The notes: generated by a model not told the origin, from the sequence alone. A stretch of 64,000 bases of DNA from Bdellovibrionales bacterium (GCA_050246815.1 JBFWVI010000002.1:37270-101269), one strand, 5' to 3'. Numbered from the stretch's first letter, positions 8,179 to 18,013 are shown. Numbers and translations: made by a program.

Positions 8179-9120
8179 ATGCATTTTATTAAAGCCCATA
8201 AACAGATTTCAGCTGCAGTTTTTATAGTGTTGGCTCTTTGTCAGGCAGCCCGGGCAGAGGACCCTTGTGATATTTTGCTGGGCGCTGGCCAGCAGATCCG
8301 CTTTGGGTCTTCAGAAGGGCCGCTCGAGGGATTGAAATATCGGGATGTGGCGAATTTAATCGATTTGGCCAATCGCGCGCTAGGGCCTGATTTTCGTCTG
8401 CCCAGCCCGATTTCTGTGCATATGCAGCCCCGAGGTTTTCAGGCTCAGTACATGCTGCTGCCGGCACCTCAAAATCCGATTTTATTGCTGAACTCGGTTC
8501 ATACCTCTTTGGATGGGCGGACGGCGAACACCCACAGTCAGGGCCAGGGCGTGGTTTTGCACGAGTACACTCACTTGATTTATGAAACCAATCTGCGTGC
8601 CGATTTACCCGAATTTTTTACGGCCTATCAAAAGCTAGATGACGCTGTTTTTGCGGGCTATATGGAAGAGCCGGTGAGTGAAGAAACACTGTGTTTGGCG
8701 GAGCGACGCAATTCGCTTAAGCACATGTTGACCTCTTACAGCGAATTGTTTGCTGATGTTGTGCCTGTTCTTGCGGCGGAAGACCTGAAGGTGATCAGCA
8801 AAGGCATTTATTTTCCCGGCGAAACCGACCCAACGGCCCGCTTAGTGGCGATGGCCCGGGATTATTCTGTGATTCACGATTTTACAACTTGGGCGGTCGC
8901 GGAACCCCATATTATTTTGGCCCCCCTAGGGGGCCACATTTCGCGCCAAGCTTTAACCGGGCCTGATTCAGGCGCGCACAAGCAGCGGACGGCCCGCCGC
9001 CTTTACCTGGCGATCTTGAGTGAAATCCGGGCGCGCGAAACCAGCGGCAACCTGCAGGCCGAGGTGGGCGAAATGAACGTCAATTTGCTTCGTGCTTTTG
9101 AAAAGCAATCGTCACGCTGA
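8179..9120 (+). CDS. Secreted gluzincin-like zinc metallopeptidase
   Basis: Signal peptide; VVLHEYTH (HExxH) and downstream SELFAD third ligand. Confidence 0.65.
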   Translation: MHFIKAHKQISAAVFIVLALCQAARAEDPCDILLGAGQQIRFGSSEGPLEGLKYRDVANLIDLANRALGPDFRLPSPISVHMQPRGFQAQYMLLPAPQNPILLLNSVHTSLDGRTANTHSQGQGVVLHEYTHLIYETNLRADLPEFFTAYQKLDDAVFAGYMEEPVSEETLCLAERRNSLKHMLTSYSELFADVVPVLAAEDLKVISKGIYFPGETDPTARLVAMARDYSVIHDFTTWAVAEPHIILAPLGGHISRQALTGPDSGAHKQRTARRLYLAILSEIRARETSGNLQAEVGEMNVNLLRAFEKQSSR

Positions 9121-9133
9121 AGTTGTTACTGGA

Positions 9134-10066
9134 TTAAGATTCTATGCTCCACGTCGCCGGATCGAAGTGAAATGACCACCTTTGATTTACGGTTTTAGGA
9201 AAGCTGAGATCTGAGGACAGCAGGGGACTTGGTTGTAAAAGCGTTTTTTCGGGCGATCCATAAATTTGATCGCCAATCAAAGGACATCCTAGAGCTGCGA
9301 GTTGAGCCCTGATCTGATGTGTGCGCCCCGTGATCAAGCGAATCCGCGATTGATACGGCACGTCTGCGCTGGCCTGTGCGGCGTGCCTGGGCTGACAACT
9401 TAAAACTTCCAATTCGCAGCGCTGTTCGCCCGGCGCCGCATTTGATTGCATGGTCCGAGGTGGCTTCGAGCCGACCGGTGTGTAGTGCACATGTCGGCCG
9501 ATCGGCACAGGGTGTTGAGTGTAAGCATGATAAATTTTTTCGACCAACCCCTGTTTCTGCCATTGCTGAAACTGTTTGGTAAATTGCGTGTTTTTCGCCA
9601 GCACAATCAATCCCATGGTGATCTGGTCCAGGCGGTGAACGGGCCATAGAGGACCAAACTCGGCCAAATAAGCCACCAGATTTTCTTTCACGTTGTCCAG
9701 GGTGGCGTGAGTGGGTAGGCCTGCGGGTTTGATGCTCACTAAAAAATCGGGTTCATCCGCGACAACCAGTTGCCGGGGCGTTTTTGTCGGCAAAGTGAAG
9801 CGGCGGGGCTCTAGGTGAACTCGTAAATAGTCACCCGCACTCAAGGTGGCCGTAAAAGATTCGACTTTGACCCGTTGTCCTTGCACATAGACGGCGCCGA
9901 TGTCCACCAGCTCGAGGGCTTGTTTAAAACTTAAAGAGGCCTCATGCTGAAGGCCCGGCAGCAGTTCTTCGTGGCCAGTTTTGCAACGAATGTGCAAAAT
10001 GCGCGGCTTGGCTGGCGCGGCCGGGTTATTTTCGTTATACAAAGAAGTAGAGGTGTCTTTTTTCAT
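9134..10066 (-). CDS. RluA/RluD-family pseudouridine synthase
   Basis: KPAGLPTH, catalytic VHRLD, TGRTHQIR, GDQIYG; start uncertain. Confidence 0.92.
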   Translation of the reverse strand: MKKDTSTSLYNENNPAAPAKPRILHIRCKTGHEELLPGLQHEASLSFKQALELVDIGAVYVQGQRVKVESFTATLSAGDYLRVHLEPRRFTLPTKTPRQLVVADEPDFLVSIKPAGLPTHATLDNVKENLVAYLAEFGPLWPVHRLDQITMGLIVLAKNTQFTKQFQQWQKQGLVEKIYHAYTQHPVPIGRHVHYTPVGSKPPRTMQSNAAPGEQRCELEVLSCQPRHAAQASADVPYQSRIRLITGRTHQIRAQLAALGCPLIGDQIYGSPEKTLLQPSPLLSSDLSFPKTVNQRWSFHFDPATWSIES

Positions 10067-10538
10067 GAGTGATTCGCCGAACTATATCACGCCCGCCGGA
10101 TTTCAAAAGCTGCAAGATGAATTCAAACGGCTTTTTCACGACGAGCGACCGAAACTGGTCGAAACCGTGGCTTGGGCTGCCGGCAACGGTGATCGCAGTG
10201 AAAACGGCGATTACATCTATGGCAAAAAACGCCTGCGCGAGATCGACAAGCGCCTGAAGTTTTTGCGCGATCGCATCGAAAGCGCCAAAGTGGTCAACCC
10301 CAAAGAGGTCCAAAGCGACAAAGTGGTGTTCGGCGCCACGGTCACCATCCTCGATGAAGACGAAAAAGAGCACACCTATCAAATCGTCGGTGAAGATGAA
10401 ATCGAACCCAACCAAAACAAGATTTCCTGGAAGTCCCCCATGGCCAAGGCTTTACTTGGTAAAAAAGAGGGCGACGACGTCGAAGTGGCCCGCCCGGTTG
10501 GCAAACTCCACGCCGAAATCTTGAAAATCTGCTTCTAA
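10065..10538 (+). CDS. greB: Transcription elongation factor GreB
   Basis: NYITPAG, WAAGNGDRSENGDYIYGKKRLREID, ISWKSPMAKAL; GAGGTG RBS before ATG 10065. Confidence 0.95.
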   Translation: MSDSPNYITPAGFQKLQDEFKRLFHDERPKLVETVAWAAGNGDRSENGDYIYGKKRLREIDKRLKFLRDRIESAKVVNPKEVQSDKVVFGATVTILDEDEKEHTYQIVGEDEIEPNQNKISWKSPMAKALLGKKEGDDVEVARPVGKLHAEILKICF

Positions 10539-10680
10539 ATTTTTGGCTTTAGAGGTCATGCGTAGATTGTTCGGCCTAGTTCGGTAAATTCGATAGCTCC
10601 AACGTGTTCACGGCTATCGACGGTCGCTCAACCGGAGAAGAGTCGCTTCTAGGGAGGAGCTGTTTGGGCGGGCCCCCCTT

Positions 10681-11385
10681 TTAAGGCAGCAAATAGTGGT
10701 CGGCCACGCGCACGATGTGGAATCGGTTCAGGCCACCTGCTGTTGCCCGCCTCACGAAGTCTAAAATCGGCAAGGGATTGGCCATTGGATGAGTGGGCCA
10801 CGGATCGCGCAGCGTGACCACAAGTGAGTTGATCTCTTGCACTGCGCTCCAATGTTGCTCGAGTGGTTGGCTTAAATTGGCTTGCCAATGCACCAACACC
10901 ACCTCTTGCCTGGCCACATATTGGCTGATTTGGTCAAGCGTAGCAATACCGGAGTTGGCGAACAAGCCCATGCGCAAAGCGGTTTCGGCCAAACTTGGGC
11001 CTGCGTTCAGCGTAAGACTTAACGCCACGCCCGGATACTGAAGCGGCGGGTACAGATTGGACCAGAATTCCAAACTCGAGTTGTAGCTGACGGTTTGATG
11101 CACCAGACCCGTGACTAGGTTTGAAAGCTCATAAACATCGAAGAAATTCGTTGCCTGAATTTTACCAAAGTGGGCCAGCGCGATGGCCAGACTGGATGGC
11201 CCACATTTGCCATTTGTGTCCTGGCGGACCAACGGAAGTTGTCGCGACAGTTGAGCCGATGTCGGCACCAGGGACAGTCCGGTGTTGAGCAACTCCCAAT
11301 CACAAACCACGTTGGGCATCAGTGTAAAATTCGCTTGGGCCGAAAATGAAAAAGCCAATAAAACGGCGCAGATCAGAAGCTTCAT
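10681..11385 (-). CDS. Secreted papain-like (C39-like) cysteine peptidase
   Basis: Signal peptide; Q...CGPSSLAIAL, HWSAV, LRDPW catalytic pattern. Confidence 0.7.
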   Translation of the reverse strand: MKLLICAVLLAFSFSAQANFTLMPNVVCDWELLNTGLSLVPTSAQLSRQLPLVRQDTNGKCGPSSLAIALAHFGKIQATNFFDVYELSNLVTGLVHQTVSYNSSLEFWSNLYPPLQYPGVALSLTLNAGPSLAETALRMGLFANSGIATLDQISQYVARQEVVLVHWQANLSQPLEQHWSAVQEINSLVVTLRDPWPTHPMANPLPILDFVRRATAGGLNRFHIVRVADHYLLP

Positions 11386-11388
11386 TTT

Positions 11389-11868
11389 TTACCGCCTTAA
11401 GGTGTATGACACGCCCTGACCGCGAGTCTCTTCGACCGAGACGGTAAGGGCAGAAAATTTTAAATTTTTCGCCAGGGTATTGATTTGCCCGGCCAAGAAG
11501 CGCGACAACTCTTCGCTGGTGATGTTGACCAATGGCAGTTCACGCACGTCATTTTGTGGAAAAGAATAGCGTCGGCCGGCAAAAGTCACTTCGACTTGGC
11601 CCGCTTCATGCCGGATTTTCAAGAAGGGCGAATTTTGTGGCAGTAAAATGAACTCATCCAGTGCGGCGCATGCTTCACGGACCAAAGGTTTGATCGAATT
11701 AAAATCGAAAGCCAAACCCAGAATGGGATCCAGTTGCTCGACCAGTAAACTGACCTGAACATAATAATTGTGGCCGTGCAGGCGTTCGGCTTTTTCGGGG
11801 CTGAGGATGGTGAAATGGGTGCCTGAGAATTTAAAATTTTCCTTGGCCAGATTGATTTCAAAGCTCAT
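11389..11868 (-). CDS. queD: 6-carboxytetrahydropterin synthase / PTPS family
   Basis: ERLHGHNY, DFNSIK, TSEELS, VEET. Confidence 0.85.
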   Translation of the reverse strand: MSFEINLAKENFKFSGTHFTILSPEKAERLHGHNYYVQVSLLVEQLDPILGLAFDFNSIKPLVREACAALDEFILLPQNSPFLKIRHEAGQVEVTFAGRRYSFPQNDVRELPLVNITSEELSRFLAGQINTLAKNLKFSALTVSVEETRGQGVSYTLRR

Positions 11869-11944
11869 TTTAAAGTCTCCGTTGGCGCCACATTGCCTTT
11901 GTGGGCGGCCACAGTCAAAATGGAATCTTGGGGTGAGGTGAGGA

Positions 11945-12289
11945 ATGTGGCAACCTATTGTTTTGCTAGTGATTTCAAACGTTTTTATGACCTTTGCTTG
12001 GTACGGTCATTTGAAAAATCTAAAGGCCGCACCGCTTTGGATCGCCATCGCGATCAGTTGGGGCATTGCCTTTTTTGAATATTGCGCGCAGGTGCCTGCC
12101 AATCGATTGGGGGCGGGGGTCTACACCCTCTCGCAATTGAAGGTCATGCAAGAGATCATCACCATGGTGGCGTTTGCAGGTTTTGCGGTTTGGTACATGG
12201 AAGCCCCCATCACCAAAAATTATTGGTACGCCTGTGTCTGTTTGGTCGCTGCAGCATTTTTTATTTTTCGGGATGGGGCCCCGGCTTAA
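11945..12289 (+). CDS. DMT family membrane protein (DUF486-like)
   Basis: SNVFMTFAWYGHLK, SWGIAFFEY, QVPANRLG, QLKVMQE. Confidence 0.9.
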   Translation: MWQPIVLLVISNVFMTFAWYGHLKNLKAAPLWIAIAISWGIAFFEYCAQVPANRLGAGVYTLSQLKVMQEIITMVAFAGFAVWYMEAPITKNYWYACVCLVAAAFFIFRDGAPA

Positions 12290-12292
12290 AGG

Positions 12293-12793
12293 TTAGAAGT
12301 GATAGCGTGCGCCGATGCCGCCGTCGATATCGGCATCGGTGGATTCAAGGACATCCATGATCAAGGCCAGCTCGCCAAAGACCTCGATGCGAGGATCGCG
12401 AAAGGTGTAGCCGACCCCGATCGGCAGGCGCACGCCGATACGATAGTCGTCATCGTCGCGCCCGCGTCGATCATCGTCATAGACAATCACGCGACCACCC
12501 ACGCCAAAATACCAGTCCAACGCAACTTGATCCAGGTTTAGGCCGCCGTTTTTAAGCCAAAGATAATCGCCGTGCAGGTAGAGGTGCTCATCATCGTCTA
12601 AATCCCAAGCCATGGCGGCATCGATGGCATGAACCTTTGATGTCCCAAACTTGGCCGAGATGCCAGTGGGTTGGCCGATGATGATACCCAGACCTATGTC
12701 GGCCCGGGCCACGGAAACAGTGAGCGCGGCCAAAATAACAAAGCTCCAAGACAACCAGGCCATGGAGCGGGGGTTGATTTTGAACTTCGGCAT
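12293..12793 (-). CDS. Small outer-membrane beta-barrel (DUF3996/BAPKO_0422-like)
   Basis: GLGIIIGQPTGISAK, LHGDYLW, GVRLPIG, C-terminal GARYHF. Confidence 0.8.
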   Translation of the reverse strand: MPKFKINPRSMAWLSWSFVILAALTVSVARADIGLGIIIGQPTGISAKFGTSKVHAIDAAMAWDLDDDEHLYLHGDYLWLKNGGLNLDQVALDWYFGVGGRVIVYDDDRRGRDDDDYRIGVRLPIGVGYTFRDPRIEVFGELALIMDVLESTDADIDGGIGARYHF

Positions 12794-12886
12794 AAGAACC
12801 TCGACCAGGGTAAAAAAACTATTAAGCTGCCCGGTCGGTGTCTACACCTTGTCGCCGGAGCATCCGATAAGAACTGTAAGACAACT

Positions 12887-13591
12887 ATGGCATTTATCAA
12901 GCGAAACGTACTTTTTGTTGATGACGATCCGATGGCGCGGACGTTGATTTCGACCATGCTGACGCAGGCCGGTTATATCGTCACGTGCGTGGATGAGGGT
13001 TTTGAAGCTCTTGAGCTGCTTGAGCGCCACCCCTTTGACCTTTTGATCTTGGATATCATGATGAACAAAATGAACGGCATTGATCTGCTTAAGCGCATCA
13101 AGGCACAGCCCAAATGCAAAGATGTGCCCGTAGTGATGCTGTCCGCTCGCGATGACAAGCAGATGATCACCCGCGCGATCCAAGCGGGGGCGGCGGATTA
13201 TGTGGTGAAGCCGCCACAAAGAGAATCCTTTTTAAAGAAAATCGAGAACATCCTGGGTGGTCGCCCGCGCTTTGCCGAAGTGCACATGGACAAGGAGTCG
13301 GCTAAGGGTGCCTGTGATTTTATTTTTCCGGCGCGGATTTTATCTATCGGCGAAGCCGGGATGACTTTTTTTTCGCCGATGCCACTCGAAATCAACGCCA
13401 CTCAACAGATTCAAGCCGACATCTTCACTAAACTTGGCATCAAGGCCTGCGAGTTTAAAGTGTTGCACTGCCAGCCCGAAAAGGGTGGTTATATAATCTA
13501 TGTAAACTACTTAGGACATAGCGCCGAGGAAGTGCAGGCCGTGCGCGATTGGGTGATCAGCCAGGCGCTCAAGGGCCGGACGGTCGCTTAG
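12887..13591 (+). CDS. Response regulator (REC) with possible PilZ-like C-terminal domain
   Basis: VDDD, LLILDIMM, GAADYVVKP; C-terminal RPRF...SIGEAGM resembles a degenerate PilZ. Confidence 0.8.
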   Translation: MAFIKRNVLFVDDDPMARTLISTMLTQAGYIVTCVDEGFEALELLERHPFDLLILDIMMNKMNGIDLLKRIKAQPKCKDVPVVMLSARDDKQMITRAIQAGAADYVVKPPQRESFLKKIENILGGRPRFAEVHMDKESAKGACDFIFPARILSIGEAGMTFFSPMPLEINATQQIQADIFTKLGIKACEFKVLHCQPEKGGYIIYVNYLGHSAEEVQAVRDWVISQALKGRTVA

Positions 13592-14755
13592 TCAGCTCCA
13601 ATACTTCAGCAGAAATAAAAAGCGACCCAGCCAATGCTCGTACCATTTGAGTCGGGTGAGGTCTGTCAGTTGCAACTGTCTGGATTGCTCTTGCTCGCGC
13701 AAGAATTTTTGCCGAAGCAGTTCGCGGTTACGGGCTTGGCTGACGACCACATCGACCTCGAGGTCATGAAAAAAACTGCGGTGATTGAGGTTGGAAGACC
13801 CCACCGAGGCCCAATCATCGATCTGGCTGATTTTTTGATGCATAAAGCTGGGCTGGAATTCAAAGACGCGCACTCCTGCAAGGAGCAGTTTGCGAAAAAA
13901 CGCGTAACTGAGCAGCCGGATCAGTGGCACATCACTGGTGGCCGGCACCATCAGACGCACATCCACTCCCTTTTTTGCCAGGCGGCGCAGGCGTCGGTAA
14001 AAAGGGCGCACTGGCACGAAGTAAGGGGTTTGTAGCCAAACTTTTTCCTTGGCATGGCGAAGACGGCGCAGCTGTTCGTGTTTCATGCTTCGCCTGAGCA
14101 GGATCGAACTATTTAAAAAAAGCAGACTACCCAGCGGTTGAAAGGGGCTTTGCCACAGCTGGTGATGAAATGCCACGACAAAGGAGCGTTCCAGTCGTTT
14201 CAACTCGGGGCCGCGCACTCGCATGCCTGTGTCGATCCACGCTCGAGAGCCAACCCGGCTAGGCAGATGGACGTCCGAGACATTGCAGCTGCTGATCCAG
14301 GCCACTTGACCATCAATTAAACAAGTTTTGCGGTGGTTGCCATTATTCAATCGACGCCAGCGGCGTAAAAATTCCTCGGCGGCCTTCCACCAAGTCAGGC
14401 GACGATGTCGAAAGTGCCAGGGCCAGGCGCGAAACAAACGAACCTGAACGCCTTGCGCCGAAAGAGTATGGCCATAATCTCGCCAAAAGGCGGGCGAGCC
14501 GACCCCATCCACCAACAGCTGGACCGTGACCCCGCGAGCCACCGCAGCACTAAGGGCTCGGGTTAGGCAATCCGCCAAATGGCCGCGTTCAAAGATGTAG
14601 GTTTCAAATAGCACTGTGTGTTGAGCATGATTTACGCCATCCAGAAGGTCGTTGAAGTAGTCGTCGTTATTAAAAAAAAGCAGCTCTTCCTGCCAGGTTT
14701 GAGGTCGAGCTTTCTTGGTCCATTTGAATTGCCGAACGCGCTTTGCGATTTCCAT
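13592..14755 (-). CDS. Cardiolipin synthase ClsB-like phospholipase D
   Basis: Two HKD motifs (HRKTCLID, HQKISQID), TPYFVP, GSSNL. Confidence 0.88.
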   Translation of the reverse strand: MEIAKRVRQFKWTKKARPQTWQEELLFFNNDDYFNDLLDGVNHAQHTVLFETYIFERGHLADCLTRALSAAVARGVTVQLLVDGVGSPAFWRDYGHTLSAQGVQVRLFRAWPWHFRHRRLTWWKAAEEFLRRWRRLNNGNHRKTCLIDGQVAWISSCNVSDVHLPSRVGSRAWIDTGMRVRGPELKRLERSFVVAFHHQLWQSPFQPLGSLLFLNSSILLRRSMKHEQLRRLRHAKEKVWLQTPYFVPVRPFYRRLRRLAKKGVDVRLMVPATSDVPLIRLLSYAFFRKLLLAGVRVFEFQPSFMHQKISQIDDWASVGSSNLNHRSFFHDLEVDVVVSQARNRELLRQKFLREQEQSRQLQLTDLTRLKWYEHWLGRFLFLLKYWS

Positions 14756-14806
14756 TTGTAGTGCCCCAACTCTACACCTAAAATAATCAAGTAGGGAGTC
14801 TTCACT

Positions 14807-15352
14807 GTGAGCAAAGACGTTAAAGCAAAATCGTGGTGTTATATACCGGTCAACAAGGGCTATCGAGCTAAAATCGATGCAGAAGATTATGATCGTGTTA
14901 TGCAGCACACATGGCGCGTTATTCGCAAGGACTCCGGACGCCTGAAGGTGGTCACCAATATCATGACCAACAAGGGAAACCGACAAGTTTCCTTGGGGCA
15001 GTTTCTGATGAATCCACCCAAAGGGAAAATGGTTTACCCGCGCCGTTTTATGGATGGCTTGGATTACCGCAAATCCAATTTAATCGTGTGCACGATGAAA
15101 GAGCGGCAAAGGATTTTACCGAAAAGCCGCCATCACGGGTCGTCGCGTTTCAAGGGCGTTTCTTACATTCAAAGCCTGAAACGTTGGCGCGCCAGCATCA
15201 AAGTGAATGGTAAATCCATCAGTCTTGGTGTTTACGAATCTGAATTCGAGGCCGCCGATGCTTACAATCGCGCCGCGCGCGAGCACTTTGGCGATATGGC
15301 CTACCAAAATCCTTTGCGGGCCCTGCCCAAGTTACGTCGGGAAAGCGAATGA
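14807..15352 (+). CDS. AP2-domain protein with degenerate HNH-like N-terminus
   Basis: SSRFKGVS..KRWRASIKVNGKSISLG.Y.SE.EAADAYNRAA...FG; upstream LDYRKSNL. Confidence 0.85.
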   Translation: MSKDVKAKSWCYIPVNKGYRAKIDAEDYDRVMQHTWRVIRKDSGRLKVVTNIMTNKGNRQVSLGQFLMNPPKGKMVYPRRFMDGLDYRKSNLIVCTMKERQRILPKSRHHGSSRFKGVSYIQSLKRWRASIKVNGKSISLGVYESEFEAADAYNRAAREHFGDMAYQNPLRALPKLRRESE

Positions 15353-15714
15353 GCAAAACCGTAGCCATTTTGGGGGCCAGCCCCGACACTGAACGGTTCG
15401 CCAACAAGGCGATGAAAAAGTTGGAGGCCTTTGGTCACAAAACAGTTCTGGTCAATCCGGCTTATCAAGAAATCGACAGCCGCCAGGTTCACTCTTCTTT
15501 GTCGGATATCCACCAGCCTATCGACACGCTGACGATGTACGTGGGGCCGCAGATTTCTTCGACTATGATAGAGGAAATTTTGGATTTGCGGCCGCAGCGA
15601 GTGATTTTCAATCCAGGTTCAGAATCGCCAAGCGTTATCAAAGCGCTTGAGGAAAATCGAATCAACTATGTCAAAGCTTGCACCCTTGTCATGCTGGACA
15701 CGGGTGCCTTCTAA
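15349..15714 (+). CDS. CoA-binding protein (YccU-like)
   Basis: VAILGASP, LVNP, DTLTMYV, VIFNPG, ACTLVML; ATGA overlap. Confidence 0.9.
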   Translation: MSKTVAILGASPDTERFANKAMKKLEAFGHKTVLVNPAYQEIDSRQVHSSLSDIHQPIDTLTMYVGPQISSTMIEEILDLRPQRVIFNPGSESPSVIKALEENRINYVKACTLVMLDTGAF

Positions 15715-15716
15715 AC

Positions 15717-16871
15717 TTATTGAGCGATCACGCGAACGGCTGGAGTCACCGTGCGGCCCAAAGTGGCTGAAATCGACACGGCTTGAACTTCATAGATGTC
15801 GCCCACTTGAAGTCCTGTGATCGTGATCGAGTGATTGGTTCGAAGCACGTTGTCGCTGGTGGTCAGCATTTGTACGTCAGTGGCGGTGTTGCGGTAAACC
15901 ACTTGATCCGTGGCCGGAATATCGGTTTGCCAGCTGACCACCATGCTGCCTTCAATGGAACCGTAGTTCACACTGAGTTCAGTGACCTGTGGCGCTTGCC
16001 CGTCTTCGTAACAGGGATTGTAGTCCGTACCTTGAGGCAGTCGCCAGTTTTCGGCGCGCAAAGGCTTCCAGCCGCGAGCCAGCAGATCGTTATACGCTTG
16101 TTGCGGTTTTGAGTTGTTGTTGTAGTCGAAGTACATTTCATTGCCCGCTTTACCACATTGAGGATCTTTGCCGGGCATGGTACCTGAGGCGACTTTGCGC
16201 CACATCGGAACCAGAGCAATGTGGTAGCGTGGACCTTGATAATAATCGATACGTGAGGCAATTCGCGTGTCGCGCTTTAAGTCCACGATTTGGCCACAGC
16301 CGAATCGAGTGGGGTGATCGCCATCGTTACTCACCAAAGCAGAATTGGCGTCGTCTGTGGTATTGGTCCAGATCACGCCGTCATCAGACAGCATCGCCAA
16401 TTCATAGAGTCCTTCGGGTTCATCTGCGGCCAGTCCAAAAGAGCCGGTCATACGCAAAGCGAAGTATTCGAAAAGATCTGCTCCTTCATCCGTTTTGACG
16501 ACGCCGCCGGTTTCAAGCGGAAAACCCACGTTGAACAATCGCGTGGGCACATCCACGTTCGAGAAAAACAGATTTTTGCCGGACGCCTTACCGTTGCTGA
16601 TCATATCCCCAACATTTTTATAATGGGGCTGGCCCGCCGTAAGATAGAAAAGCGAGGCTTGCAGGCCGCCATCTAAGGTGGTGTTTTCGTTTTGTGCGGC
16701 AAATGGATCACAGACCAATTTATTGATGGCGTATTTGTTCACGTCAAACGGGGACATCGCCTTTGTATTTGCGTCTTCTTTTGAAGTGCTTGATAAATCG
16801 TTCGTGCAAGCGATTAAACCCATGGCCCCCAGACCTATAAGAGCCGACCTTTGCAGCCTTGCGAGTTTCAC
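15717..16871 (-). CDS. Lipoprotein with PA14-like and C-terminal FN3-like domains
   Basis: Lipobox LIAC; LSDDG and NDGDH (PA14), YYQGPRYHIAL; VSWQTD..A...H.ITITGL....YEVQAVS (FN3). Confidence 0.75.
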   Translation of the reverse strand: MKLARLQRSALIGLGAMGLIACTNDLSSTSKEDANTKAMSPFDVNKYAINKLVCDPFAAQNENTTLDGGLQASLFYLTAGQPHYKNVGDMISNGKASGKNLFFSNVDVPTRLFNVGFPLETGGVVKTDEGADLFEYFALRMTGSFGLAADEPEGLYELAMLSDDGVIWTNTTDDANSALVSNDGDHPTRFGCGQIVDLKRDTRIASRIDYYQGPRYHIALVPMWRKVASGTMPGKDPQCGKAGNEMYFDYNNNSKPQQAYNDLLARGWKPLRAENWRLPQGTDYNPCYEDGQAPQVTELSVNYGSIEGSMVVSWQTDIPATDQVVYRNTATDVQMLTTSDNVLRTNHSITITGLQVGDIYEVQAVSISATLGRTVTPAVRVIAQ

Positions 16872-17021
16872 AGCCAACCTCCAACCTTGATAAATCTAGG
16901 TTACGGGTGTGTGGGGGCCGCGTCAAAAAAACCGGTGCACCCGCTCATCTTCGGACACTGAGGATTTGACACTTTTACGAGCATTCTCGAATTCATTCGA
17001 AAAGCGTCAAAACTTTCGACG

Positions 17022-17975
17022 TTATTTTTGAAATTGGAATTGAGCGGCCCGGGTCAAGCGATCGACCACGGCTGCCCATTCGGGAGCCTGCCATTCGTGT
17101 CCGGCCCAATACACAATAAGGCCCTGGGGGTTCTGACTCAGCAAATGCAGCTGGTGGTAAAGCTCACGCGCAGCCACGGGGGCTTCGGCCGAGAGATTTA
17201 ACTTATATATGAGGTCGCTTGAAGCCAGCTGATATTGTTGTTTCAAAGTGAGACGGCTTTTTTCGTCATCTGGTCCGTGCACGATCACCAGCGGCAGGCG
17301 TGGTTGATAGTGCTGTTCTAAATGTCCCGGGGAAGCCTGCGAAACCGCACGGGTGATTTGAATTTGCGGAAAATCTTTTTTCAAGGTGGCGGCCAGATGC
17401 TGCTCGCTGACTGAGCCGGGGCGCAAAACTTCAAGACGTGTGGGCGTTGTCAGGCGCACCACTGTGGATTCGACCCCCACTTTGCAGGGGCCGCCATCCA
17501 CCACTGGCACTTGGTCGTTGAATTCATGGCGTACATGCTCGCTGCGTGAAGGACTGGTGCGACCGAATCGATTGGCGCTGGGGGCGGCAAAGGGTTCTTT
17601 TAAATGAACAAGGATCTGTTGCGCTAAAGGATGGGCCGGCGCGCGTAGGCCAACGGTGTCGAGCCCCGCCGTGATCAAGGGGTCCACTTTGGAATTTTTT
17701 GGCACAACAAGGGTCAGTGGCCCTGGCCAAAATGTTTTGGCCAGCAGATCCAGCGGGGCCGGCCATTCGGCCGCGTATTGGCGCGCTTGATGGATGTCTT
17801 GCACGTGCACAATCAAAGGATCGAACAAAGGCCGCTCTTTGGTGGTGAAAATCCGCTTAAGCGCAAGAGGTGAAGAAATCCGTGCGGCCAAACCATAAAC
17901 GGTCTCGGTCGGCAGAGCGACAACTTGGTCGTCGCGCAGCAGTTGCACGGCTTGTTCAGGACTGATCGGATTCAT
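17022..17975 (-). CDS. tsaC: L-threonylcarbamoyladenylate synthase (Sua5/TsaC)
   Basis: PTETVYGL, KERP..DPLIVH, WPGPLT, APSAN, GVESTV, SPG....HY. Confidence 0.95.
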   Translation of the reverse strand: MNPISPEQAVQLLRDDQVVALPTETVYGLAARISSPLALKRIFTTKERPLFDPLIVHVQDIHQARQYAAEWPAPLDLLAKTFWPGPLTLVVPKNSKVDPLITAGLDTVGLRAPAHPLAQQILVHLKEPFAAPSANRFGRTSPSRSEHVRHEFNDQVPVVDGGPCKVGVESTVVRLTTPTRLEVLRPGSVSEQHLAATLKKDFPQIQITRAVSQASPGHLEQHYQPRLPLVIVHGPDDEKSRLTLKQQYQLASSDLIYKLNLSAEAPVAARELYHQLHLLSQNPQGLIVYWAGHEWQAPEWAAVVDRLTRAAQFQFQK

Positions 17976-18013
17976 GCCCTAGCCTATACAACAAGTGCGC
18001 CCTAGAGGGCAGG

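Noticed and set aside
12843..12870. Possible sigma28 promoters before the REC gene (TCCGATAA) and at 44848-44875 (GCCGAAAA)
   Set aside because: The -35 element or spacing is a poor match; too weak to list as features
14756..14986. N-terminal extension of the cardiolipin synthase ORF (likewise 12671-12886, 18582-18713, 29655-29723, 30653-30787)
   Set aside because: Overlaps neighbouring real genes; downstream starts fit the domain boundaries better
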